Positions 8,622 through 17,286 of a stretch of 64,000 bases of DNA are shown in pieces (position 1 is the first letter of the stretch; each line of letters opens with the position of its first letter). Source of the stretch: Thermoplasmata archaeon (GTDB lineage Archaea; Thermoplasmatota; Thermoplasmata; Lutacidiplasmatales; UBA184); assembly GCA_021790425.1 (NCBI GenBank), contig JAJYEA010000007.1:696-64695 (forward strand), in the 5' to 3' direction. The notes under the pieces were generated by a model. That model searched no databases, had not been told where the DNA came from, and was given only the letters and a program-made list of their open reading frames with translations. Both the position numbers and the translations under genes were made by a program.

Positions 8622-9683
8622 CTAGGCGCGTGTCCCGTTCCGGTTGCGAGCGGGGAGAAGATAGGGGGCCAGGGCGGCCCTCCAGGTCTCCTCCACCAAC
8701 TTCTGGTAGGTGTTGAAGCTCTCCACCGAGAGCGTGAGCATCTGGTTCAGGAGTTCGGCTCCCTCCGCCGAGTAGCCGGTGGAGAGAACGCCCTGCCCCT
8801 TGTCGCGGACGACGAGCTGGGCCTCGCGGGAGGCCTCATCGAAGGCATCGGTCGAGTTCTTCCAGGGCTGGCCCCTCCGCATCCGGTCCCAGTCCACGCG
8901 GTCGGTGAACTGGGCCGGGCGCTTGTCGAGGAACGCACCCATCCCTTCCTTCTGGTCGTGGCTGGAGAAGAGGATCTGCCAGAGGTCCCGCTCGTACTCG
9001 AGCCCGAGGAGCCGGGTGGCGTCGGAGGCCTGGTTCACCGCGTACTTGGCGGCCGCCATCGCGAGGGCCCCCTTCGAGGCCAGCTGCTGCGCGAGGCCGA
9101 TCGCCTCCTCCAGGAGCTTCTTGGGGGGGACCACGGAGTGGACCAGCCCGTCCGCGTAGGCGTGGGCCGCGCTGAACTTCTGTCCGGTGAAGATCCAGTG
9201 GCGCGCCCGGGCAACCCCGATGGCCCGGGTGAGACGCCGGGAGCCTCCCCATCCCGGGATGACCCCGATGTTGATCTCGGGCTGCGCGAACTGGGCATCC
9301 TCCGCCGCCACGATGAAGTCGCAGGAGAGGGAGAGCTCGCATCCTCCGCCCAGGCAGTAGCCCCGGACGGCGGCAATGACGGGCACGGGGGCCCGTTCGA
9401 TGAGGTTCGTGAGCGCCTGCCCCTTGCTGGAGTAGCGCGCCGCCTCTTCCGGGCCGAGGGAGGCCATCTCCTTCACGTTCGCCCCGGAGGAGAACGCCTT
9501 GTCGCCGGAGCCCGTGATCACGATGGCACGCACCGTCGCGTCCCGCGTCAGCTCCACCACGGCGCCGGCGAGGCCGTCCACCACCGGTGTCGTGAGCACG
9601 TTGAACGGTGGATTGTTGATGGTAACGACTGCGATGTTCCCCACTCGGCGCACGAGCACCGGGTCGGAAGGGGCGGCGGACAT
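8622..9683 (-). CDS. Enoyl-CoA hydratase/isomerase (crotonase family) with a ~95-aa C-terminal extension
   Basis: Crotonase core AVVTINNPP...GSGDKAFSSGANVKE...GYCLGGGCELSLSCDFIVAAEDAQFAQPE...GMGAFLDKRPAQF. The start is taken at MSAAPSD (9683); an A/T-rich element lies ~25 nt upstream. Confidence 0.8.
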   Translation of the reverse strand: MSAAPSDPVLVRRVGNIAVVTINNPPFNVLTTPVVDGLAGAVVELTRDATVRAIVITGSGDKAFSSGANVKEMASLGPEEAARYSSKGQALTNLIERAPVPVIAAVRGYCLGGGCELSLSCDFIVAAEDAQFAQPEINIGVIPGWGGSRRLTRAIGVARARHWIFTGQKFSAAHAYADGLVHSVVPPKKLLEEAIGLAQQLASKGALAMAAAKYAVNQASDATRLLGLEYERDLWQILFSSHDQKEGMGAFLDKRPAQFTDRVDWDRMRRGQPWKNSTDAFDEASREAQLVVRDKGQGVLSTGYSAEGAELLNQMLTLSVESFNTYQKLVEETWRAALAPYLLPARNRNGTRA

Positions 9684-9751
9684 GGAGAGGGCCAATCTGC
9701 GTTGGCTTTTTAGCTTACTGCCGTCCCCGACGGATCCCCGGGCGCGCACCA

Positions 9752-10879
9752 TCACTTCGCCGGGGTCTTCCGGAACCACTCGGCAACCCGGGGCCACAGC
9801 TCCCGGTGCGCCCGGCGGCTGACGGAGAGACCGATGTGCCCCGACTCCTGCTGGAACCGGGCCTTCTCCTGGCTCCGGACGAGATCGAGGATCCGGTTGG
9901 TGCTCTCAGCCGGGATGATATTGTCCTGGGTACCGGTGATCGTCGCGATCGGCATCGTGATCTTCTCGAGCTGGACCCGGCGGCCTCCCAGTTCCCAGGT
10001 TCCCCGGACGAGCCGGTTCTCCTGGTAGCCGTTCCGGACGAACTCGCCGTAGGTGGGTCCCGGCATGGGGATCCCGTCCCGGTTCCAGTACTCCATCCGG
10101 AGGAAGTTCGCCACGAAGTCGGAGTCCTCCACGTGGAGGATCAGCTCGCGATACTTCTGGTAGCTGTTCTTGAACGGATCGAGGTTGTCGAAGGCGAGGT
10201 TGAAGAACTCGGGGGGGACCATCCCGAAGGTCGATCCGATCTTCACCGGGTCGAACCCGGGCGCCTTCGCCCAGACGTTGAGGAAGCTCCCGTCGACGTC
10301 GAAATCGATCCCTGCCGCCAGGAGGGCCAGGCGCGCCACCTTCTCGGGGTGGAGGGCGGTGTACATCGCCATGAAGGAGCCCCCCATGCAATAGCCCAGG
10401 ACCCCGATCTGGTCCTTGCCCGAGGTCTTCCGGACCGCGTTGACGCACCGGTCGACGATCCCGTTGACGTAGTCGTCCACGGTGAGCGAGGCGTCCAGCT
10501 CCGTCGGGGTTCCCCAGTCCACGAGGTAGACGTCGAGACCCCCCCGGAGGAGGGTCTCCACCACGGAGAGGCCGGGCTGGAGGTCCATGATGTAGGGCTT
10601 GTTGATCAGCGCGTAGACGAAGAGGACGGGCGGTCGCGCCTTTCCCTTCCACTCCGGCGGCGCGTCGTAACGGAGGACGGACGTGTGGCCCTCCCGGTAG
10701 ATGACCTCGTGGGGGGTCAGCCCGGCCGGGACCTCGGGCGGATCGAAGGCCATGGCCATCACTCGGCCCAGTCGTTCGTAGAAGTCGTGGAGGGCCTCCA
10801 GCGATGCGGTCCCATCGACGGGGCCCCCGGCCGGCAGGCCGGTCGGGGACGGTGCAGGATCTCTGCGTGCGGCGGGCAC
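9752..10879 (-). CDS. phaC: Class III poly(3-hydroxyalkanoate) synthase catalytic subunit PhaC
   Basis: ~375-aa alpha/beta-hydrolase with the lipase box GYCMGG, Asp/His downstream, and the size and features of class III PhaC. It is adjacent to a phaE-like gene. Confidence 0.8.
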   Translation of the reverse strand: MPAARRDPAPSPTGLPAGGPVDGTASLEALHDFYERLGRVMAMAFDPPEVPAGLTPHEVIYREGHTSVLRYDAPPEWKGKARPPVLFVYALINKPYIMDLQPGLSVVETLLRGGLDVYLVDWGTPTELDASLTVDDYVNGIVDRCVNAVRKTSGKDQIGVLGYCMGGSFMAMYTALHPEKVARLALLAAGIDFDVDGSFLNVWAKAPGFDPVKIGSTFGMVPPEFFNLAFDNLDPFKNSYQKYRELILHVEDSDFVANFLRMEYWNRDGIPMPGPTYGEFVRNGYQENRLVRGTWELGGRRVQLEKITMPIATITGTQDNIIPAESTNRILDLVRSQEKARFQQESGHIGLSVSRRAHRELWPRVAEWFRKTPAK

Positions 10880-10901
10880 AGTGGAGGTAGGGGGAGCTTT
10901 C

Positions 10902-11696
10902 CTACCTAATCTTGTCTTCGAGGCGGCTCACCTTGTTCGCAAGCTCCGCGAGGCTCTGCTGGAGCTGGGCGATCTCCTTCTTGGTGGGGAGCGGGGACAG
11001 GTTGGCGAGGGCCCCTCCCGTCTCCTTCAGCTGGCGCTGGAGGTCGAGGCTCGCATCGAGGGTCTTCCCGAAGAGGGTGACGAAGGGCGGGCTCGTGAAG
11101 TACGAGTAGGTCAGCTTCCGGAAGTTCTCGGCGAAGTCCTTCATCGACTCCTCCTGGGTGCGGACGAAGTCCTCGAACTTGACCTGCGGCGCGAAGGAGG
11201 CCATGGCCTTCTCGTAGAGCTCCTTGGAGAGACCGGACCAGAACTTCTGCGTCATCTCGGCGTACTCCCGGACCTGGTCGGCCGGGTTCTGGGACCCTCC
11301 CGTCTGGGCCTTGCTCCAGTTCTCGAAGAGCTGCTTCTGGAGGTCCTGGCCGGTCGTGAAGGCCGCGGTGACCTTCTGGCCGATCTCCTGGGCGAGCTCG
11401 TTCCAGTCCCGGAACCGCTCCCGGATCTCCTCGACGTCGGGGACCGACTGGCGGGGCTTCATCTGGTCGCGGAGCGACGCGGCCCACTTCTCGTAGTTCT
11501 GCTGCTGCTCGTCACCGAACCGGCGGACGAACTCGCTGGTGGTCGTGCCGACCTCCTTCGCGAAGTTGAGCCAGACCCGGAGCGATTCCTCGGCCGGGTT
11601 GGTGTTCCGGCGGGGGGACGCCGCGGGGGCCTCGGTCGTTTCGGTCGTCGGGGGCGTCTTGCGCACGTTCTGGGTCTTCTTGGTTGCCATCTTCAT
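10902..11696 (-). CDS. phaE: PhaE-like PHA synthase subunit
   Basis: 264 aa starting MKMATKK, with GGAGGA immediately upstream. It is hydrophilic and helix-rich with a C-terminal coiled coil (LSPLPTKKEIAQLQQSLAELANKVSRLEDKI), typical of PhaE. It lies directly upstream of phaC. Confidence 0.55.
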   Translation of the reverse strand: MKMATKKTQNVRKTPPTTETTEAPAASPRRNTNPAEESLRVWLNFAKEVGTTTSEFVRRFGDEQQQNYEKWAASLRDQMKPRQSVPDVEEIRERFRDWNELAQEIGQKVTAAFTTGQDLQKQLFENWSKAQTGGSQNPADQVREYAEMTQKFWSGLSKELYEKAMASFAPQVKFEDFVRTQEESMKDFAENFRKLTYSYFTSPPFVTLFGKTLDASLDLQRQLKETGGALANLSPLPTKKEIAQLQQSLAELANKVSRLEDKIR

Positions 11697-12010
11697 TCCT
11701 CCTTCTGAGTTTGCTTGACAATGTTTCCGACCATGCCGGAGATGGTCTCCGTCCCGGTCGGGACCTTCCACCAGTTGGGAAGGGTCGCTCCGAGTCGCTG
11801 GAAGAGGGCGACCTGCTCCTCTCCCGCGCGGGTCACCTGCCGGAGCCCGAACCAGTAGTATTCGAGAAGGTCCTTCTGGACGTTCTTGGTCCAGTCCAGG
11901 TAGGCCTCCAGTTCCTGCAGGTATAGGTCCGAGGCCTTGGACACGGCCTCGCCGACTTCCTTCCACGCCGCCGTCGTCTGCCCGAGTTGTTCCTGTACTG
12001 TTTCGCTCAT
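11693..12010 (-). CDS. Small phasin-like protein (105 aa) of the PHA operon
   Basis: An ATGA start/stop overlap at both ends (with the phaB stop and the phaE start) implies translational coupling. It is helical, with W/Y-rich amphipathic segments. Its position matches phaP in haloarchaeal phaR-phaP-phaE-phaC clusters. Confidence 0.45.
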   Translation of the reverse strand: MSETVQEQLGQTTAAWKEVGEAVSKASDLYLQELEAYLDWTKNVQKDLLEYYWFGLRQVTRAGEEQVALFQRLGATLPNWWKVPTGTETISGMVGNIVKQTQKEE

Positions 12011-12753
12011 AGATACATGCCCCCATTCAGATTGAGGACTGCGCCCGTGATGTAGTCGGCATCGGGGGAGAGGAGGTAGACCACGCTCCGCGCCACCTCC
12101 CGCGATGTGCCGAACCTTCCCATCGGGATCTGGGCCAGGATCTTGTCCCGCACCTTGTCGGGGATCTTCTGGACCATCGGAGTGTCGATGAAGCCGGGGG
12201 CCACGACGTTCACGGTGGTGCCCTTGGGGGCGAGTTCCCTCGCCAGGGCCTTGGCGAACCCGATGATGCCGCTCTTGCTGGCGGCATAGTTCACCTGGCC
12301 GAAGTTCCCCATCTGGCCGACCACGCTCGAGATGGTCACGACCCGGCCGTGACCGCTCGCCACGATCTCTTCCACGAAGGCCCGGGTGGTGTAGTAGACC
12401 CCGGAAAGGTTGACCTTGATGACGTCGTCCCACTGGGCATCCGTCATCTTCGTGAAGAGGCTGTCGCGATTGATCCCCGCCGCGTTGACCAGGCAGTCGA
12501 TGCGGCCGAACTTGTCGTGGACCTCCTCGGTCATCCCATTCATCCCCTCGGGACTGTCCAGCTCGCCGTGAACGGCCACACACTTGCGGCCCATCCCGCG
12601 GACCTCGGCGACCACCCGGTCGGCCTCGTCCTTGTGGGTGTGGTACTGAATGGCGACGTCGGCGCCCTCGGCGGCCAAGGCACGCACGATCTCGACCCCG
12701 ATCCCCCCGCTTCCCCCCGTCACCAGGGCCCTGCGGCCGGCGAGAAGGGTCAT
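12007..12753 (-). CDS. phaB: Short-chain dehydrogenase/reductase; acetoacetyl-CoA reductase (PhaB)/FabG-like
   Basis: The motifs TGGSGGIG, NAAG and a YAASK catalytic tetrad; 248 aa; PHA operon context. Confidence 0.8.
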   Translation of the reverse strand: MTLLAGRRALVTGGSGGIGVEIVRALAAEGADVAIQYHTHKDEADRVVAEVRGMGRKCVAVHGELDSPEGMNGMTEEVHDKFGRIDCLVNAAGINRDSLFTKMTDAQWDDVIKVNLSGVYYTTRAFVEEIVASGHGRVVTISSVVGQMGNFGQVNYAASKSGIIGFAKALARELAPKGTTVNVVAPGFIDTPMVQKIPDKVRDKILAQIPMGRFGTSREVARSVVYLLSPDADYITGAVLNLNGGMYL

Positions 12754-13058
12754 CGGCGGTCCCCTGACTTGGACCCCGCCTTGGGGTTCCGTTCGCCTTC
12801 CCGGGGCGTCTCGGGCTGGGCGATGAAGAGCTTCTGCAGGGCGAGGTAGCCCTCCAGCGAGCGCTTGACCTGCTCCTGGACGGCATCCTCGAGGTCCTTG
12901 AGATAGTCCTCAGGAGAGGCGAAGCCCTTACCGGGTTCTCCCGGTAGGATCACGAGGACCTCCTTGCCTGCCAACTCACGAAGGCCGCTGACCTGGCCGT
13001 TGGGGCTGACACGCCGTGTGCCGATGATCTTGCCCCCTGCTCCGAGTTCGATCCGCAT
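12750..13058 (-). CDS. AbrB/SpoVT-family (swapped-hairpin) DNA-binding protein, PhaR-like regulator candidate
   Basis: The N-terminal MRIELGAGGKIIGTRRVSPNGQVSGLRELAGKEVLVIL resembles the AbrB/MazE looped-hinge helix fold. It is the first gene of the operon and overlaps the phaB start by 4 nt. A TATA-like gtatataatg lies ~40 nt upstream. Confidence 0.6.
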   Translation of the reverse strand: MRIELGAGGKIIGTRRVSPNGQVSGLRELAGKEVLVILPGEPGKGFASPEDYLKDLEDAVQEQVKRSLEGYLALQKLFIAQPETPREGERNPKAGSKSGDRR

Positions 13059-13096
13059 AGGTCAGTGTATGGCGCACAGCATCCCACATCAGCGCA

Positions 13097-13106
13097 GTAT
13101 ATAATG
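13097..13106 (-). promoter_or_regulatory. TATA-box-like element upstream of the PHA operon (AbrB-like gene start 13058)
   Basis: gtatataatg (palindromic TATATA) ~40 nt upstream of the first operon gene on the minus strand. Confidence 0.4.
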
Positions 13107-13270
13107 TCTGGCTGCGGAGGGTGTCCAAACGAGGCCCTCGATCGATGAACTTGGGTAGAGGCGGGGTTGAGGTCCAACGGGGTGCGCGTTCCTCGGCGGG
13201 AGCGCAGATCGAAGCAGCGTCTTTCCCTGTATGGGTGAGTGTGAATTTGATAGTGTCTAATCGGTGTGCG

Positions 13271-13280
13271 ACTTATATAC
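13271..13280 (+). promoter_or_regulatory. TATA box for pilin-like paralog A
   Basis: acttatatac centred ~23 nt before the ATG at 13298, suggesting a leaderless mRNA. Confidence 0.45.
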
Positions 13281-13297
13281 CCCTGTCATCATATAAC

Positions 13298-14041
13298 ATG
13301 CCGATGTCAGCTAGGGGGATTTTTGGTCGAAAGACGAAGCGCGGGGGAACACGCTGGGTCAGCCTCTTGCTTGGGGTGGGGATCGTCTTGGTGACGGGCA
13401 CGGTCCTGGCCGACGTGGTACTGACGTATACCTTGAACAACAGCGTGGGAAGTTCGAACACCAGCCCGTTCGAGTGGGAGGAGGGGACGAACTATGCCGC
13501 GGCGAGCTCGCTCTCGATTGTCTCTAACACTTGCAACCCAAGCAACATGGGTGCCACAAATCCTACGAACTGCTTTGCTCTTTCGATGACCGTTAATGGC
13601 GTTTCTTACGTTCCGACAACGGTTGCTGATGCTGTCCACTTCCAGTGGCTGGCCACCAGCGCCACGGTAGCGACGAGCGTGGGCACCGGGGTCCTGTCTG
13701 TCGTTACCACCGCTAACACACTTCCGGCTGGCTCGTGTGCCTGGGCTTTCATATCCAACGGCGCGCTGACGGCAACCAGTTTCACGTACACCGCCGGCAC
13801 TCCGTGCTCCGTGAGCGCGGCCGCACCAGCTTCGGTCTATACGGCTTGTGGCGCGTCGACGGCAGCAACGGCTTCCGTTAATCTGCTGACGGGTGCCGTG
13901 AACGGTGCAGTCACTTGCTCTATCGCCAAGGCGACCGCCGCCGGCTCCGCCTTGGACATTAGCTACTTCGTCTACGTTCCCGGCGGTGCGGTTGCTCCCC
14001 AGGGTGTCGCAAGCCTGTACCTTTCCCCTGTCCTTAGTTGA
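13298..14041 (+). CDS. Secreted/anchored Thr-Ser-Ala-rich protein, paralog A of a tandem pilin-like trio
   Basis: N-terminal basic stretch (GRKTKRGGTR), hydrophobic helix, then ADVVLTYTLNNSVGSSNTSPFEWEEGTNYAAAS. A TATA-like acttatatac lies ~23 nt upstream, consistent with a leaderless transcript. Confidence 0.6.
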   Translation: MPMSARGIFGRKTKRGGTRWVSLLLGVGIVLVTGTVLADVVLTYTLNNSVGSSNTSPFEWEEGTNYAAASSLSIVSNTCNPSNMGATNPTNCFALSMTVNGVSYVPTTVADAVHFQWLATSATVATSVGTGVLSVVTTANTLPAGSCAWAFISNGALTATSFTYTAGTPCSVSAAAPASVYTACGASTAATASVNLLTGAVNGAVTCSIAKATAAGSALDISYFVYVPGGAVAPQGVASLYLSPVLS

Positions 14042-14045
14042 GGGG

Positions 14046-14855
14046 ATGGTCGTGAAGACATCTGAGAAGGGAAAGCTGGAGCAGGGGGTCCGACGGGGGA
14101 GGGAGCGGCGCAGGCGGCGCTTCCTCTGGGGCGCCCTGCTGCCACTCCTGGTGGGGGGGGCGATGATCGGGTCAATTGCTGTCGCCGATGTGATTCTGTC
14201 CTATCAGGCCACTTCGTCAGTGGGGGCGAACGTCAACACGAACTACTACTGGCAGGACGGAACAAACTATGCGGTGGCTCACGCCGACAACTTCGTGACC
14301 ATCGCCTGTTCGGGGGCTACTCTTGCGACGCCCACCACGTGCGGCGGAACGGCCACTCCAGCGGGGCAGTCGACGGAGACGATCACCCTGAACGGGGTTC
14401 AGTCCGCGGCGGTCTACGATGTGCAGCTGACGGAATTCGCGGTGGTCGCGGGCTTCCCCGCGGCTGGCCAGACGTTCAACCTCGGGGCCGTGCTGGCGAC
14501 CACGACGATCACGGGACCCACGTGCGTATACGTCTTCATCACGACGGTGGCCCCCAGCGCACCCGCCTCGCTCTCCACTGCGGTGCCCTCGAACCAGCCC
14601 GTGGGGTGCGGGCTCTTCGAGCCCACGGTCGCGAGCGGGGATGAGGAGGACATAAACCTCATGACCGGGGCGATCAGCAATCCCGCGACCGGACAGGCCG
14701 GAGTGACGTACATCGGAGCCGGCGGCGACTTCTACCTGAACCAGGTCCCGTTCGGCGCCGCCACTCCGCTCCTCTACATCTCGATGGCGGTCGTGTCGTC
14801 CGCTACGGCTCCGGCCGGCTCCGCGACGTTCTTCGCGAACCCTGTGGTGACGTAG
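14046..14855 (+). CDS. Paralog B of the tandem pilin-like trio
   Basis: Starts 4 nt after the paralog A stop. It has RRRRRFLWGALLPLLVGGAMIGSIAVADVILSYQATSSVGANVNTNYYWQDGTNYAVAH, and the conserved WxxGTNYA block is shared with A. Confidence 0.6.
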   Translation: MVVKTSEKGKLEQGVRRGRERRRRRFLWGALLPLLVGGAMIGSIAVADVILSYQATSSVGANVNTNYYWQDGTNYAVAHADNFVTIACSGATLATPTTCGGTATPAGQSTETITLNGVQSAAVYDVQLTEFAVVAGFPAAGQTFNLGAVLATTTITGPTCVYVFITTVAPSAPASLSTAVPSNQPVGCGLFEPTVASGDEEDINLMTGAISNPATGQAGVTYIGAGGDFYLNQVPFGAATPLLYISMAVVSSATAPAGSATFFANPVVT

Positions 14856-14872
14856 AAGAGAAGGGTCGGTCG

Positions 14873-15550
14873 ATGAAGGGGGGGAAGGGTCGCCGCCGCG
14901 TCAGCCAGGCGGCCCTTCTCGTCGGCTTTTTCTTGGTTTTTGTCTTGGTCTCGGGTGACGTCGGTCTTGCCGGCGCTGACATGATCTCTTCTTATTCGGA
15001 TCATCCGGGAGCGGCGAACCACGCGGCACCCGCGCCGCTGACCGTGAACAACAACAATGTGCGGGTCCGGTGCCGAGCCCTGTTGGTGACCGTGAGGATC
15101 ACGAGCACGGTCAACGCCGCAGGCACCCAGGGGGTCATCACGATCAACATTCCCGCTCGATGCGCGGGAGTGGCGTTGGCGGCATTCCACAATCCTGGCC
15201 TGCTCTTCCGAAGCGTGAACAACATGGCCACGGGGATGTCCCTCACGTCCAACCCCCCATGGACCGCGCCCGGGACGGGTCAACTGACGCTCTGCGTGGC
15301 TCGTCAGAACAGTCCGTGCCTGACCACCACCATGGTCCTGATGAGCGGGAGCAGCTCGGGGCCGACCTCGGTGGTGGCGGTTGCGAACGCCCGCAACTTC
15401 GGTCCCTCGGTGCAGGTGACTCAGGGGATGGGGGCGGGGACCTCGGCCACGGTCGGACTCGACCTCTATCAGGATTTCCGCAACACGGCGACGGGGGACT
15501 ATGCGGTGATCCAGGTCGATCACGTCACCCTGGTGGTCAATCAAGCTTAA
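14873..15550 (+). CDS. Paralog C (more divergent) of the tandem pilin-like trio
   Basis: KGRRRVSQAALLVGFFLVFVLVSGDVGLAGADMISSYSD, with a TM helix after the basic N-terminus and an ADMISSY motif; Thr/Ser/Ala/Gly-rich. Confidence 0.55.
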   Translation: MKGGKGRRRVSQAALLVGFFLVFVLVSGDVGLAGADMISSYSDHPGAANHAAPAPLTVNNNNVRVRCRALLVTVRITSTVNAAGTQGVITINIPARCAGVALAAFHNPGLLFRSVNNMATGMSLTSNPPWTAPGTGQLTLCVARQNSPCLTTTMVLMSGSSSGPTSVVAVANARNFGPSVQVTQGMGAGTSATVGLDLYQDFRNTATGDYAVIQVDHVTLVVNQA

Positions 15551-15576
15551 CAGGGCTCATGCCCTCGTGATGTCAC

Positions 15577-16797
15577 GTGGTAGAGACGGGGGGGGATCTC
15601 CATAACCGGGCCTTCGTGGCGGGCCTCCTGCTGGTGGGCTCTGCCGCGGTGGTCTGGGGGCTATACCTCCTCCTGACCGGGGATACGATCGATGCCCCGG
15701 CCATCTTCGCGATCGCGATCGGGGGTTCGATCCTCGTCGTGACCGCGTTCTTCATCATCCCCGAACTGAGTTCTGCTCCCGCCCCCGTCCCCCTACCGCT
15801 CGTTGCCGCCTCCCCCTCTTCGAACCGTCTCCCCATCGAAACGATGCGGGAGTACCTTACCCTCCTGAGCCAGGCCGAGGAGAAGTGGCTGAAGCATCTG
15901 GACGCGGTCACCTCCGCCCAATCCGCTCCGGCGCCTGGCCCGGCTCCCCGGGTGGTCCCCGTCGCTGTCGCTGCCCCGCCCCGGGAGACGCTTGCGGCCA
16001 AGTCGGTGGACGAGCGCGTGGAATCCGAGCTCCTGGCCTTTGACACGGCGATACAGACCGGAATGAAGCGCCGGGCGAATGAGGATGCCCTCTCCTACGT
16101 GGGCCGGGTGCAGGCGGACCGGCCGGCGGGGTCCCGTTCCCTCCCTCCGGTCACTGCCTCCGTAGCTGCGGAGAGCATGGTCGAGGACCTTCTGGAGGCC
16201 CACCGCACCCTTCCATCCCGTTCCCTCAGCCAGTTGGGCGAGACGATCCAGGAGCGGGTGAACCAGGTGGGCGCCTCCGTCGGGGTAGGCCGTTCACCGG
16301 GCGAGCCGATGATGGACTACGCGAACCGGCTTCGCTCCAAGCTCACGGCTCCCGCACCGCCTCCGGCCGCCAAGCCCACCCTCGACTTCATTCTCCGTCC
16401 CCCCGCGCGGCCGGCCGCCGGGGTTGCCGCCGCTCCCAAGCCGGCCCCGCCCGTCTCCCCACCGCCCGGGCAGAATCCCGGGCTCACCTGGGCCCTGGCG
16501 CTCTACCGCGGGTTCCTGCAGAACTACTTCAACCCCACGGAGATCGACCAGCTGTCGAAGGATGTGGTGGCCTCGAGCTCGGGGACGCCGCGGGGCGCGC
16601 GTTCCGAGGAGGAGCTGCTGATGTACAGCCGGCTGGTGAAGAATGCCATTCGGGCCTCCCAACGCACCTCGCGCGCACCTTCGGAGGTCGACAAGGTGCT
16701 CAGAGAATTCGACCAGTTCGTGGAGCTCCTTCACGCGGCGCAGGCTCCGCCCACTCCCCCGGCCCGATCCCCGCCCCGCAGTTCCACGCCGGCCTGA
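15577..16797 (+). CDS. Membrane protein with two N-terminal TM helices and a long Pro/Ala-rich region (hypothetical)
   Basis: GTG start 26 nt after paralog C. Two TM helices (AFVAGLLLVGSAAVVWGLYLLL and IFAIAIGGSILVVTAFFIIP) are followed by PAPAPxP-type repeats. 406 aa. Confidence 0.5.
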   Translation: MVETGGDLHNRAFVAGLLLVGSAAVVWGLYLLLTGDTIDAPAIFAIAIGGSILVVTAFFIIPELSSAPAPVPLPLVAASPSSNRLPIETMREYLTLLSQAEEKWLKHLDAVTSAQSAPAPGPAPRVVPVAVAAPPRETLAAKSVDERVESELLAFDTAIQTGMKRRANEDALSYVGRVQADRPAGSRSLPPVTASVAAESMVEDLLEAHRTLPSRSLSQLGETIQERVNQVGASVGVGRSPGEPMMDYANRLRSKLTAPAPPPAAKPTLDFILRPPARPAAGVAAAPKPAPPVSPPPGQNPGLTWALALYRGFLQNYFNPTEIDQLSKDVVASSSGTPRGARSEEELLMYSRLVKNAIRASQRTSRAPSEVDKVLREFDQFVELLHAAQAPPTPPARSPPRSSTPA

Positions 16798-16842
16798 GCG
16801 TCCGGGGTCATCGTAAAGGGGGGTCTCGCGCTGCTACTCACG

Positions 16843-17286
16843 ATGGCCACGCATCTCCCCCCCGTCTCGCCCGGTCGCTCATCCCCTGGGGCGATCCACG
16901 AGTGGGCGCTCGCCGCGGAGGAGCCCCTCCCCCACCGTCGTGAGGTGGAGGAGAAGGACGAGACGGACGAGGGGGAGTATCCCCTCTTCCGTGGGGTCCT
17001 GCTCGGAATCGCCATGGTCACGGTGGCGGTCGCCGGGCTGACCTTCTTCCAGCACGGAAACCTCGAATACGTGCTCGCCGGCATTGCGGCGGGGATCGTG
17101 CTCTACGTCACGACGGAGCTCATGGTGCCGTTAGAAACTCATGCCCGCAAACCGGAGGATGTCGAGGATCCGGAGGAGCCCGACGAGCGTCATGAGGAAG
17201 AGGGGAATGGTGGCGAACCCGATGGTCCGGAGCCCGAGGAGCGCCTGTCCGTGCCGCGCCCGGAGCTCCACCCCGACGGCCAGTAG
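16843..17286 (+). CDS. Possible small membrane protein (questionable)
   Basis: The N-terminal half has two hydrophobic helices. The acidic C-terminal half is the antisense of the Leu-rich end of the DUF2085-like gene and is probably artefactual extension. Confidence 0.25.
   Translation: MATHLPPVSPGRSSPGAIHEWALAAEEPLPHRREVEEKDETDEGEYPLFRGVLLGIAMVTVAVAGLTFFQHGNLEYVLAGIAAGIVLYVTTELMVPLETHARKPEDVEDPEEPDERHEEEGNGGEPDGPEPEERLSVPRPELHPDGQ

Noticed and set aside
9806-10909. 367-aa + strand ORF
   Set aside because: Antisense of phaC.
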